Assembly: GCA_965285935.1 (NCBI GenBank)
Contig: OZ260667.1
Coordinates: forward strand, 71,486,001 to 71,550,000
From: Ophelia neglecta
Lineage: Eukaryota
Length of the DNA stretch: 64,000 nucleotides
Direction of reading: 5' to 3'
Shown in pieces: positions 36,492-49,928 of the stretch. A program made the position numbers and the translations under genes. Position 1 is the first letter of the stretch, and every line of letters starts with the position of its first letter. Under the pieces are notes generated by a model. The model was given only the letters and a program-made list of their open reading frames with translations, did not search any database and was not told the origin of the DNA.

Positions 36492-37199
36492 CTGAGCATT
36501 AAAACCTTGGCATTACTAATTCGTTCTTTTAGGCATGTGTTCTATATTCAACTGTATGCTATTGGTAATTTTGTTTTACTCTCTAAGTAGGTATAGACAT
36601 ATTTGCTGGTTGATATTGTTCTGGTTACCTGTTTGTATGGCTATTGTGTTTGCAGACGATCGATAGCTGTGCGTTTAGTTTTATTGGCAGCCCTCAAGAC
36701 AATTCCGACATAATGGCTCAATATTCAATGGGTATTCAATGGAGCAAAACAATCTACTTACACGATAAGGGGTATCAAAGGCTCTATGCAACGAGGCAAG
36801 GTATTGCCTACTGGTGCTTGACTCTCTGGACGGCCTCGAGACACAGCTAAAAGCATTTCAGAGTGGGCTGAGGCCGGCAACAGACACTATTATGTGTTGA
36901 TGTTAAGTGCTTAAACTGCTAAAGAAATTGTGGTTGAAAAGGCAGTTGGTTGTTTAAATTCGACTACGGAATCAATAATAAGCCGCCTAATAAGAGTGCT
37001 GGCAAGGGTTCAGTGGAGTGTACATCGCCGAGCAATCGGCTAGAGTGGTTACATCTTCCCTAGAAGTGCTTTATTGCCATGTGGGACTAAAGCCATCAAA
37101 GCACGAATAGTTTATTGACGCGTAACCGTGGGGCGTTAAGGGAAATGTAGATGCGGCTACTGTCCTCACCAGTATACCAGGGACAACGATGTTAAACTA

Positions 37200-37377
37200 C
37201 AGTGAAACCTGACTAATCAGGTCAGTCAAGGGACTAGAAAAAAGTGACCCCATTATGTAGGTGGCTTTAATAGGCAGGTCAGTTAACACAGGCATGAATG
37301 GGGATCAGGCCATTCCTTAGTGACCTTAGTGGACCGGTGACCTTATTACACAGGTGACCAAAAAACAGGTTCCACTG
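37200..37377. mobile_element. Tc1/mariner-pogo-like MITE with TA TSD
   Basis: TA|CAGTGAAACCTG...CAGGTTCCACTG|TA, colinear with 58071-58249. Confidence 0.9.
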
Positions 37378-38629
37378 TATTATATTCATCGGCGCAGTCC
37401 AGGCAACAGTCGTATCCAATTTTCTAAAGCCCTCCCACACCCTCCTGAGCAGACAAAAAAGTGCAGAGATTCCATTCACTGATAAGTTGAAGTGCATATT
37501 GGGTTAAATTGAGGATAAAATCTATGTACCAGTTTTGTAATGGCATTATTATTATACCGATGAACCAGGGAGGGTGCTTATATTATGTTATTCCATTGTA
37601 TCTAAAAAATTATTTTGATATCTTTAGATTTAAATTCATAAATCCTATACAGCGAGTACTAATTAGGGAAGATATATCCAAGAAATTAATCACCACTGCT
37701 AAGACATAGGTCAGAAATCTTTATTTTCTAAGGCACGCATTATCTACAGCCAATCCAAAAACTAAAAACTAAACTTTTGTGTTGGAATTTTGTTCGTATT
37801 TGTATGTTATCAATTGGACACACAAGATACGTGATTCTCGCAATTAGCAAATGACTCCAATAACTGTTCAACTAATACGAATGAAAACAAATGAACTAGA
37901 GAAGATTATACTTCTATTTTCATTCATGTTTAAAAACGTGCCATTTTGCACAGAGCAACGCTCTGAGGCAGGATGTGGTTTTAATCATGGCTGCAAAGTT
38001 ATTGACTAAAAAAATATAACACACTGTGGTATGCCTCACGTTTCTGATGTATAAATCTGTTTCATCCCATTACACCAGTCTCAAAAATAAACCATCGGAA
38101 GTTACCATCAATTTTACTGTCTTTATGAGGAGCAACAACGTGTGAATGGCTGACTTTATGGCGAGTTAGACGGACTAATAACCCTGAGTAAGATATAAAA
38201 GGTGACTACGACCGTTAAAGTACCGCATTCCTAGTCTTATGAAGGCAAATAAATACCACTCAGCCCGGGCTTATGTTGAATTATAGTTTCGCTAAGATAT
38301 ACTGTGTCATAAATAGGCAATGCACCCTTGAATGACAATGACAGGCCAAGATTAAGACTTGGGAATAACATGACAAAGGCAGCCACCACTCACCGCTCAC
38401 CGCTCACCCATCCCCAAAACTATCTTATGAGACAGGAAAGCAAATAAAGTAGTTTTTGCCAATTATGCCCAAAAAGATTGTTGACTGCTATATTTTGACG
38501 GCGATTATAATTTTCCGTTGACAAAAACCTTCCCCTGCAATCTCGAAACTACGATTAGCATGGCCGATTAACCCGGATCTTAGCGTAAATGTCCAGTGGT
38601 TACACGGTCTTGCCGTTATGCCTTACCTG

Positions 38630-38856
38630 GGGCCTGTTGCATAAATCTTGTTTATCGTCTGAACGCGCTAAGTTTAAGGGTTAACTCTTTCTAGTCCGTT
38701 TATTGGGTTGCATAAACCTAGGTTAAAAGTTAACCCGTTTAATCACAGGTTGAAACTATGGCAATCCAATAAACACGACAGCAGTTAACGAGTTATAATA
38801 AACGAGGTAAATATTTTAACCCGTTCAAATCTAAACAAGATTTATGCAACAGGCCC
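38630..38856. mobile_element. PIF/Harbinger-like MITE with perfect 25-bp TIRs and CTG TSD
   Basis: GGGCCTGTTGCATAAATCTTGTTTA ... TAAACAAGATTTATGCAACAGGCCC, with CTG at 38627-38629 and 38857-38859. Confidence 0.92.
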
Positions 38857-40429
38857 CTGACATACTGTGAGTAAACTAAAGACCCCATAATGCCAACTTT
38901 GTAGCCTTTTGAAATCTGCTTTTTAACAAACCATTGGATTTAAATTAGATTGATTAATCTTTGAGAGATAAATAGATGCAAATCGCCTTCAAGGGGAGCA
39001 AAACTGGTAGCAGCGGTGTAATAGAGCTTACACGCAAACGAGTTAGAGGTACGCTGAAAGAACATACTACTACCCTGCATCTCTTCCAATTGCACCCCCC
39101 CCCCCATTCTTTCTTCTTTTCATACACAGCATAACTGACTGGTCCCTTATTGTCCTCCTATATAATGTAAACACACGTGTATCCATATCTCTACAATGCA
39201 GCAATGAAGGATATGGAGGTTAAATAGGACTTGATGCCCAGCAGTTGAAGGAGAAGCTTTATAAAAGTATGTTACGTTAATTCACTCATGACAAACATAA
39301 ATGTACAATTGTATAATTTTAAATAACTTTTTTAAAGAATTGAAGTTGAAAATAATGTCTTGTACCACATGCAGTGAGGAGAATAACATATTTCCGTGAT
39401 GCAAGTAAAATTAGAAAACAAATGAATCATTGGTCAACATTGGGAGAGTTTAAGGGCTGCGGGCCGGTGACAAATTGACAGTGGTTTATTGGAAACTCAC
39501 ACGCCTGGAGGTCACAGTCTAATTGTGAGCAATGATTCATATTCAACTCATTATGTGGAAAAGTAAGTAAAAGATGATAACAAATAGCGCTGTAAAACTT
39601 TGTCAGTTGACCGTCAGTGCCTGCTTTATTGTGTATGTAGCGCATTATTTATCTGTTGTAAACAATGTTTTGGCAATGTCCGCAAAGCACGCCTTTATAG
39701 ATGTGTAATACGTTTTATCTTGTGTGCCATTTTATCATAACATGTAATCATTTTAACCTTCAATTTGTACGACAGTGGCAGTTTCATAAACACAATTGAG
39801 CAAGAAACTTCGAATACCTGACAACGAAAAAATAATGCTTTTAATAACTAATTTTATGCATGGTAGAAGCATGAATGTGTTTTTAGTTATGTGGCCACCT
39901 GTTAACTTTAGCACGTTGTTTTGTTTGGCTACTTGTTTAGATATAGTGTGGTTGTATTCTAGTCCGCCCTAAACCCGTCAGTGATAAATCGGATTATGGA
40001 GGGTTATTCTCTTAAGTGTTTCCATTTGACCTCTCGGTGAAATAGGAAGGGAAATTTCACTTTGTTGTATTGAGCTTGCTGGTGCATTTGACGAATGGCC
40101 ATTTCGATAAGTGGTAGTTTCATTGGTAGAACGTGTTTACTTTAGTAATATCAGGGTAAAGTAGATTGTTAAATACTAGGCGACAATCCTTTAAATCTCA
40201 TCACACCGCCGGGGTCATGAATGACCTGGCATAATTCCATTAAATATCCTATATGTACTAGGGTTAGTACCAACAATCGACCGAACACATATATATGTAT
40301 ATTTGCTTAGCATCAAACGTTCTATTGGAGAAACAGGTTGTGTACTGCCACAAATATGATATTTCCTATTACATGGTACAATGCACTAAAACCCGAATCA
40401 AAATAAATATACAACTGTCAGGCTATTTA

Positions 40430-40875
40430 TAATAGTAATAATAATAAGTTTTATTGTTGAATGACAGGGTAATTACCCAAAATCAGTGTACACAGATAAA
40501 AATCCTACAATTTATCTATGAAAAAGTAACCTGCACATACACAAGATTATAATCAAAGGAAAGTATCACATTGTCATGCAACAAAGAGGACGGACGCCAT
40601 GTGTATATGTCCTATTATTAGCCACACAAATAAATTAACAACCAAAAAGAAAAAAGTTAACTACTGTGCAGGCTGTTTAATTACCAAGTTATGAAAAAAA
40701 GAGAAGTGAGTTAGAGTTTGGAAATTGGAAGGTTGTATTAATGGGATGGTGTTGGTAAGAAGATACTCTCTTGTCTCTTTCTTAAACCAATGTAAACTGC
40801 ACTAAATAACAATTTTGTCAATTATGGAGTTCCACAGAAAAACATATTTGTGAACAAAAGAAAAACTACTGCGAA
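40430..40875 (-). mobile_element. 5'-truncated LINE 3' end (CR1/L2/Crack group)
   Basis: The minus strand at ~40860-40755 encodes SFVHKYVFLWNSIIDKIVI*CSLHWFKKETREYLL, which parallels the end of the 32503 ORF. It is followed by a UTR, AATAAA and a (TTA)n tail at ~40455-40430. Confidence 0.65.
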
Positions 40876-43349
40876 GTATCCAAGAGCCGTCTGTTTTCAT
40901 AGAATTAAATCAGGCACCAGTTGGCTTCTTTGGACACAATACTTACTGCACTATACGAGTTTGGACTAGCAGCCAATCTCCTGAAATACATGACCCCGTT
41001 GTCGTGGTACAGCACGGAAGCATTTGGGCATATCGTCACCGCGGACTTGGTCAAAGGCGGCGTAAAGCTTAAGGTTCGCTAGGATCGATGTCTCGCGGGG
41101 TTACTGTGACGGCTAAAGGTCAGGCAAATTTAGGGATACAGCTTAATCTCATTCCCAAGTGTGTCTTTAGATAACTCGTAACAGGACTGACTACGTTTAT
41201 CACCACAATGGTGGTTAACTGGCCCTGTCCGAGGTAAACAGGCAAGTGGTTATAGCGGTTACTGGCGTAATACTAAACCTGCGTTTACAGCATAAACAGT
41301 GCACTCATTAGTCGGAACTTCTAAGAATAAACAAGAAAGGTAAACCATGTTACTCCACTGTGACATAAAATATAACGGCCATTTCCTGCAATGTTCCCAA
41401 TATCGATGGTCGCTTTGTAAAAAAAAAGATAAGTATTGGCGTTAACAGGTGGCAACAGGCTGAATAAAACTAATATAACTCAGCAAACTGATCCTCAACT
41501 TATGAGATAAAAATAACGAAGTGGGACTTATTTCTATTCGATTTTGGATATCGGGGTTTGGCCGGTGACAGCATAGACACGGTAAATCATTGGTACTATA
41601 GAATGGGGAGGGGGATGAGAGGAGGATTATATTGTGTCCCATTATCATAGATAAATACAAATACAAAAAACTTTTAAGGTTGAGAACAAATAATAGTTTT
41701 AAATTAATTCTTATATCGCCATGAAGCACTCAATAAAAGCTGACCAGCTCATTGACCGGATCCAAATGCCTAGATGATGTAATGGGAGGAATGGTGCAGG
41801 ACAACATTTTTGTTTCACTTCGCTGTTTTACCCGTCACTTTGGACAATGTGGAATGTGGATCATTCCGTTTTAAGAAACGGCAGTGGTTACCCGGTAGAA
41901 AAGCCAAATCATGTGCCGAGAATAGCACATAAAATCAGTCCAAAATCACCTCGAACCAGCAGCCACAGCCACACACATCAAAGAAACAATCTCCAGCCCA
42001 CAAACAATAAATTGACGTATTGCAAATAATGGTTAATGAAAGCACAAACTTGTCTATCGTGCCATCTTTTTTATCTCTTAAAGGCTATACAATACAGGGG
42101 ATGGTTATCGGTGGTAGTCAGACGCTAGGCGTTGTTTTAACGTAATATTGGCTTTCCTTTAAGGTATTTTTGAACGCCCCTTTCCGTATTGTAGTATTTC
42201 ACATTATTGACATTAATCTGTGGTAAATTCAGTTGTTATGGAGTCTGGTTTTCGCTGTAGTTTATTGAATAAATCGGCAGTTCTATTCCACATAAAAGTA
42301 AACAAATTATCAGACATCAGCAAGACAAAGTTTGTATTAGTTGATTGCATAAGGCTATTTTAGGCAATGCATATCAGCTTGTCAATTTATTCTGTCGCCT
42401 TAAGAGAGCCTACAGAATTAAACTGACAATACCATGCCAATTGACCCAAATCTCAAAGGGGCCAGTGCTCAATGGATGTCTAGACCAGTTCACGGAAATC
42501 ATTATGTCAGAGACAGGCGCCATGTAATATGGGATGCAGCAAATTGCCCATTGCGAGTTCTTACTTTCTTGTCTAACACAAAATTTATCCTCCCAATTAA
42601 TTTTATATTACAAAAGTAAAATGTACTTAAATATAGACCTACACAATTTCTTAATCCGTTCCTAGCAATTTCTGATTTCCGATTATCCAAACGTTACTTT
42701 CAGGAATACGCGATACCCTGAACTCAGCCGAATAATAAAAAAACTTCACGGTTAATCAACAAAAAAGCACTACAATTAATTAATTAATTGTGGTTTACCG
42801 CTTCACTTACCATATTCGTGCAATATTACACACTTTTTGGTAATGTACTAGTTTTGAACATTTTTTTTCCTTGTATTGCATATGCGTGAAAATAAAAGTG
42901 TTCGGTTTATGTAGGTTGAAGAGCAATAGTTCAGGACGAGTTTTAATTGAACAAAGTCTCCATTTTGCTAAGTGAAGTTGAATGTAACACTATCACAGCT
43001 CATATTGTGGAGCAATTTGAACATTAATCAGTCGAAATTAGCAGAAATCAAATACATTTCCATAGTAATTAGCCAGGGCTAGCTGACTATAGTTGAAATG
43101 CATGACGAATGTCATTTATTTGGTACTTCCATCATTCACCTTTTCATGTTCAACCCATTCCACAAAATTCAAAATCGTTATCGTTAAGTAAGACGACACT
43201 CTCTTGTTCAGGAAATGCCCTTGGCGATTTTGCAAGATTTAAATGCATTCTTTTTTATAAGCATGTTGAACGCTGCGTATAGTCCGGCAGCAAAACACCC
43301 AACCAAAAATTCTCTGTTATAGTTTTTTTTTCTTCTGATTACTCATGTA

Positions 43350-43560
43350 TGGGTCCCATATAACAAAATCCAGGTTGGTGTGAAACTCCCACCCTAGAGC
43401 ATTTTTAAATATTCAAGAAGACTGCCAAGATGGCCGCCAAAAATAGATAAGGCTTTAACTTTGTTATTAGTAGAGATAGGAAGATGAAAGTTATACCCTA
43501 TCATAGGTTTTTGGGGCCAAGGGATTCGATTATGTCATCGAAAATACTCTAACCATCACA
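43350..43560. mobile_element. Probable DNA-transposon terminal fragment
   Basis: Contains CCAAGATGGCCGCC followed by TAGGTTTTTGGGGCCAAGGGATTC, a motif combination typical of invertebrate DNA-transposon subterminal repeats. No partner end was found. Confidence 0.4.
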
Positions 43561-46264
43561 GGTTCACCAGTATGCCTGCTCCCGTGTGGCGTATTTATTT
43601 TGTTTAGTTTTTCAATTCAGTTACAGTAGTTGCATGATAGTGCGTTTGACCAAAAGATATCAATAAGGCAGAGAAAAGAAACTCTTAAGATTATGAACAT
43701 ATGCAACGACATACAATATTCAAGGATGTCAAGATAAATAAAGTATTAACGGAGTACCCATAATTTATAAACGCTGTAAACTAAGTGCATACATGTAGGT
43801 TGAAAGTGAAGTTAAGCGACTTTCAAACCATCACAGGATTTTACTGACGTATAAACGGTATGTTTAATTTAAATATCATATACATGTTATGTATATGAAA
43901 GAAAAGTTCCAAATTCACAGACAAGAGAACTTAATATTTTCTTTGTTACGGATCTTAGACTATAAACGTTTTAAGAAATATATGAATTTATTTCTCCCAT
44001 GCCTTCTGCATTAGAAGAGTATTGGCTAAATGAATGCACTGACACATTGGGTCGAGTCTGGGTTGACTTCATGAAATACGTATTTCCTCCAATGTTCAAT
44101 TAATATCGTCGTGTTAATGCATTTGTCCACGGGTGAATTTTGACCAGACATTGTCAGGACAGTAAATGAAGAAAAATTGACTAAGCAGATTATACACACA
44201 TACGTGAGGTTGATACATTTTACCCTCGAAGCTTCCGGTTATTGCTAAATGTAATGAAGCAAATCCCAAGGGCGAAACAAATAGTGAACAATATCTGAAC
44301 AGGAAGTCACTCACGCAATAAACTATTTAAGCAAATGTGTGTGTATGTACCTAAGAGAGCTAATATGTGAAGTTTCTGATGTGGGCATTTTGCGAGTACA
44401 ATAAAAGGTCTGAGAGTCTGTCACTTTGGCTCATAAAGGGCAGACTATGGACATTTATGGACGCCAAATTGGCAACATTAAGACAGTCATATGGCCATTA
44501 AGCTGGACCGAAGCGAACTAAATGATTCCACTTTGGGACAAGAATTGCCCCAAGTGGTTTCATTTACCAATACTAGACATATGTTAATGGCCTGAATGGC
44601 TTCCATTGCACATATTATCCGAGAAAAATAATTGTGTTTTCAATAACTTGTTGATACCATCACATTAACGAAAAATGAACAGTGGTTGAAAATGTAAACC
44701 GCTGTGTTCTTTGTTCAGGTCTGACTCTTTCTCTATTCCTCATTGCAAGGGACGTCAATTTTATTATGTAATTTTATTTTGGGGAGCTAATAAACACTCG
44801 ATTGGACACAATGTAGAATGAGTTGTGAGAAAGTTCAGCAATATAAAAAAAAAAATATTGGTGAAGTCGGTTTAATAAAAACGGGGGTGCATAACCGACA
44901 GCTAATACAAAATTATAAGTCGGAAATTATCTATTAAACGTGTCCGAACTCATCAGCGGCACTTCAACTTCCGCCTTGTAAATAATTAAACAATTTATCA
45001 CCGATATCAAAAACGGAATTAGATAGCCGATAGGCGGTCACTCTAGCCGGACAAAAGGGGAAACACCAATTCAGAGACTCACTCTTTGTAATTTTTAGGC
45101 ATAACCAAATGTAAACTACCCTGCTTACACAATTAATTTCTTATATAAACACTTGAATTGCATAGACCACAATGGTTAAATTGACAATGTTTGAAAAATA
45201 AAATGTGTAAATCTGGATTTTCTATAGCGCATTAGTCGTAATGTTACGGCTGTGTGGTCATAATTGAGATTTAATGTTTTATAGGACACCATTTGGTTCA
45301 GATGTAACTGAAGTAGGATTGTCACGACCCGACACGACTTGAAAGGAATCTCGGTCATTTTTATTTCTTTCATCTGGCTGACCATGGGTGACATCAAAAT
45401 CTCTGTTAATCATGTTCACTGAACACTTCGGTTCTAAGAACCATTCAAAATTCACCGAAATAAGATGAGGTCACGTGCCACAAGCGTTTGGCGACCAATG
45501 GATCAAAAGAAACGAGTCAGACGCAGACCAATATAAAAGGGCAGACTCATGTGATGTTGAATCAAACAGCTTCCTTGGCTTAATGAGGTTATCATAGCAT
45601 CAGGACAGTTTCAACTTGTGTGAGGCCTACTGCATAGAAATGTGACATGTCCATACAGGGTATTGACTTCAAGTAGTCATCACACATGCAACCATGCCCG
45701 ATGTGCCAGGTGTATTTCTGTTCTACCTATTGGTCGGAGGTAATATATTTCGAAATGGCTTCCTCAATATGTGGCAATTGTGTCTATCAATTGAATATCA
45801 GATTAACACTAGCCGTATTTACATACAACATTCTTAGCAAAATCAAAATTAACGCCATAATGCTCAATACATTATTTAATCTTTAATGTTGTAGCATGTT
45901 GACATAAAGAAGTCATCACAGTCGTTAAAGGCATTGTCTATAAAGTTCCGCAGTCAACAAGAATGATTGTGTGAGGGCGTACATTAGAAAGGGGAGGCTG
46001 TAAAATTATTGTCTAGGAAAAACACTGAACATAATATAAGTGTTAATATGCTCGATTCTATCCGATTCTAAAATCCCTGCCCCGGCAGAAAAAATGAGTG
46101 AACACAAGGAAGACAAAGGCAAATATTAAGTTAGGAAAAGTCCATTCAACCGGATCGAAGCAACCAGGAACCACCAGCGGCAGGCCAAACCAAACCTATC
46201 CCAAGCACCCCAACAGTAAATGCACTTGTAATAAAATCAATAGTATAAAAGCTTAAATGGATAT

Positions 46265-46600
46265 TTGTTGTTGTTGTTGTTGTTTGGGGTTTTTACGTGG
46301 CTTTCAACACTAATCGGTCATATCGCCACAGAGCCTACTTGTGACAGTGGGCCCAATGCCCTCTTTATAGTGCTGCCTCACTTGACTACCTGCCGTAGAC
46401 ACCAGACAGGGAACCCCACCCAGTCACATTATGCTGACACCGGGTTGACCAGTCCTGATACTACCCCTGAAATACCGGGCGCCTGGCAGGGGAGCTATCA
46501 GTACCTATTTTTACGTTTTGGGTTTGCGCGATCGAGGTTCGAACCCCAATCTCCCACTTGCGAGGCGGACGCCCTAACCACTCGGCCACGCTTTGGTCTA
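46265..46600 (-). mobile_element. Full-length tRNA-derived SINE (V-domain-like core, (CAA)n tail) with 10-bp TSD
   Basis: Minus strand: A box TGGCCGAGTGG, B box GGTTCGAACC, core GGACTGGTCAACCCGGTGTCAGCATAATGTGACTGGGTGG, tail TGTTGAAAGCCACGTAAAAACCCCAAA(CAA)n. TSD AAATGGATAT at 46255-46264 and 46601-46610. Confidence 0.92.
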
Positions 46601-48932
46601 AAATGGATATAACAAGACACTCGTGATCATGGTCAAAGTTCCAACAACTTCCTGCTTTCGGATCGATTTAATGTAATATTCTAGGTGGAATATTTTTCTT
46701 TTTCTGCAGGGTATTCACTCCAATTTTTTCACCAAGGAGGCAAATTATTTGAAAGTAAAAGTTCATATCATTACTCGCCAGGAACGAGGCAGAGGTCTCG
46801 TAACCTGCATGGCGCCACCCTACTCTAGCCAGAAACATACTAATGTCCGTGGTATTTTTTACTTTGAAAATGCTCACATAATCATAATTGAGCTCCACCT
46901 AGTATCAAACCTATTTCACACCTATTTACACACCTAAAATCTCATGTATTTGGTCTCAATTTTCCCCATATGCCCTTAATGTTATTTTTGGCTTACTAGC
47001 TAGATTTTTTGTTATTCCTGACTGGCGCAATTAACTGACATCATATCTACTTTGACGCCAACTACTGATGACACAAGATTTCGGCCAAACCTCCGTACTT
47101 AAGTATACGTTCTTCATTATATTCAATGTTGATTGCTTCTTTTTGGCCAATTGATTGGAATCGATTTGAAACAATTTAAATGTATGAATATAGTTTTAAT
47201 CATCGTTTACATACATGTTAGCAATAAATTGTGTAATCATTAAACTAATCGAAACGGTAACATTAGAACATTATTGTTACTAATTGACTAAATAGATCGA
47301 TTGCTTTTACACGTTTTCCTACTTCCATTATATCAAATACATCTAATACAAATGATTATGATGATTTGAACACTTTTGTGAATCATCTACATGTAGGTCC
47401 AAGTCAGACTTATTCGCATTAATAAGAACTGCGATGCATCTCATAGAAAGAGACACCTTATAACTATCACATATATTCGAAAGGGCTTCTAAACTAGCTT
47501 TGTATATATTCTAGCGAATGCTAGCTGCAAAGTTAAGCTGGTAACAATAGTCACGGTCAAAATGAATTAAATTCATTTCAATCAGTTAGTTCAATCAAAG
47601 TAGTATATTTAAAAAAGGTCCTACGACTTTGCATGACGATGGTGTAACACTGTAGCTATCGGGCCAATAGGATGATTCAGCTAAAGTCATGACAGTTATA
47701 TCTGTCTATTCCTCTAGCTGTCACATACTATGTGTATGTTTTGAAAGTAGTTATTTAAAGCAAGTATATAAAAATACAAAATTATAAAAACGAATGGTAT
47801 ATTTTGATGGTTGTGTGTCTTTGGGCATATATTTCACCCTGTTAATCCTGTCCATTACCTGACTTCATCTTTGCACCACCCAGTATACATCACACAATTA
47901 ATATTTACATATACTACATTTATTTATATATCAAATAAATCCTAGATTACTTAAATTGTTTGATGTGTTTTATCAACAATCCGCCATTGGCATCCAATTC
48001 TCTGTCAACTATTTGGGCATTGCGACTCCCCAAATCTAGGCACTGTGTCTAATTCAACACATCTAAAATAGTATGGCTAGGCTTGACCCTTACAAGGGGC
48101 GGTTCAGTAGAGAGAGTCAGTTTAGCCTGTCTACGCGGACATTGCAAATGTGTCACAGTACAGCATCAGTATATGTCAACCAAATTTTTAAGCCTGGCTT
48201 TGTTCCCTTACAGCAATGGCCCATGGCAAAGACATGTCGACGAGAAAGTTAATACCATCAAAAACAGTTATCTCCTTTTCATTACATATGAAGTCCTGTT
48301 ATTTCCAATCGTTTTGATTTCATTACTCTCCTGTTACCAGTTATGGAACTAGTGATTAATGTCTGTGTGCTTGAGGAGACGAATAATGGATTGTTGAAAC
48401 GAATGACGATTTCTTTTGCTCTGCACGGTAGCAGATTACATTTTACGAACATTGTTCAATCTGTAAGATACTTTTGGTTTTGTGAGGGGACATTCTTTCT
48501 AATAAAACAAACTCTCAACCAATCACAATCGTCCTTATTGTAAGCCGGTGTAAACGTTTTGGGAGTCTAACCCGAACCAGGGAGTCCTCCGGTCTTGAAA
48601 CCAAATCAAAATATTTGATGTTACTCTGTAATCGTTATATAAAACGGAATAAATGACCAAGCAATACAGTTAATATATCAGTGGGCACAGAACTAAATGC
48701 AAAATTTAAATTGCCCATCGAAAGGCGTTTGGAAAGTTGGCAGGCGAAAGGGCAGAAGTGGAAAAGCGACGCCACATGAGACAATGGATCTTTTCCGCAA
48801 AACACAACGGCCAGAACCAAGTTAGTTTTCATGATAACCAGACGGGCAGTGAGAGAACCACCAAGTGATAAGGTAAATCAATAAAAGGACTGCATTAAAG
48901 CTTTATTTGAACAATAACTGGTTGAAATTTGT

Positions 48933-49032
48933 TTAAATGTAACTTTCTAAACCCAAGTGGTACCATTGAAATTAGTTTCACGCCTAGCGGCCATTAAATG
49001 TAACTTTCTTAACCCAGGTGGAACCGTTAAAA
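48933..49032. repeat. Imperfect direct repeat, ~39 bp, 61-bp period
   Basis: TTAAATGTAACTTTCT(A/T)AACCCA(A/G)GTGG.ACC.TT.AAA at 48933 and 48994. Confidence 0.75.
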
Positions 49033-49229
49033 CCACCCGGTTACGATTGGAATCTCTATCAGCTCGATGCACAATTGTTGCGATCAGTGTAGGACACACA
49101 AAAGATACATAAGTAATCATTAAGATTATTTAATCTCCGTCGACACATTTGCCCCTAATGGTGAATTACGCCTGCTGGGCAGACATCTTCAGCTTGATTG
49201 TGTATCGCGATATGTCGATGTACATTTTA

Positions 49230-49527
49230 GTTATTGTCATTGATAATAGGCGGACAGTCGACAGGTTTATTTTTTTATTCTGCTTTGATCCCTTATACTT
49301 TGCCCTGTGGTGGCCCCCATGCTAGCGTCCATTTAGGACTTAATGGGGGTCTCCCTGACCGCGGGGACACACTGCTACTGGTACTTCGAAAGCATGCATT
49401 TGCTTTTCTTTTTTCTTTTTTTCTTCATGATATTCGTGTTTTGTGTGTCTTTGACTTTCCTTTAATTATTGCAATTGTATGATTTCTTGGTCAAATAAAT
49501 GAATCTGAAATCTGAAATCTGAAATCT
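49230..49527 (+). mobile_element. Retroelement (LINE-type) 3' UTR fragment with (GAAATCT)n tail
   Basis: A GC-rich stem-like segment (GGCCCCCAT..ATGGGGGTC), a T-rich tract, AATAAA at 49494 and then GAATCT(GAAATCT)3. The 5' boundary is approximate. Confidence 0.55.
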
Positions 49528-49848
49528 CCGTTAAGAAAATTAGGTATATCCCATTGCAAGAAAACACGAAGCAAGCATTTATATCAACATGGAAGTACAT
49601 CAATGTTCAGTAATGTGCAGTAAAAGCAATTTGTTCTTGATAGGTATCTTATCCTGGATAACTATTCTATTTTACCACCAGACTGTGCTTGTAATTTTTG
49701 GTAATTTCTTTTTATGTCTGATGTGCATTAAACATTTTAATTGTTTGAAACCTTCACTTTTTTGTTGTCGTAAAGACGATGTGCATTTGGTATTTTCTAG
49801 AAATCTACACTATTTTATTGTAAAACTGACCTTATATAGTTTCGTATG

Positions 49849-49928
49849 TTGATATGTTGGAAATGACGATTTTAAGCCATAAGCTTTTGCAAGATCAAAC
49901 ATAGAAAAAATAAATATGTTTAAACCAA
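49849..49928 (+). repeat. Dispersed repeat fragment, copy of 13540-13619
   Basis: See 13540-13619. Confidence 0.7.

Noticed and set aside
46525-46598. tRNA gene
   Set aside because: A/B boxes are present, but there is no proper acceptor stem or oligo-T terminator. It continues into a SINE core and tail with a TSD.
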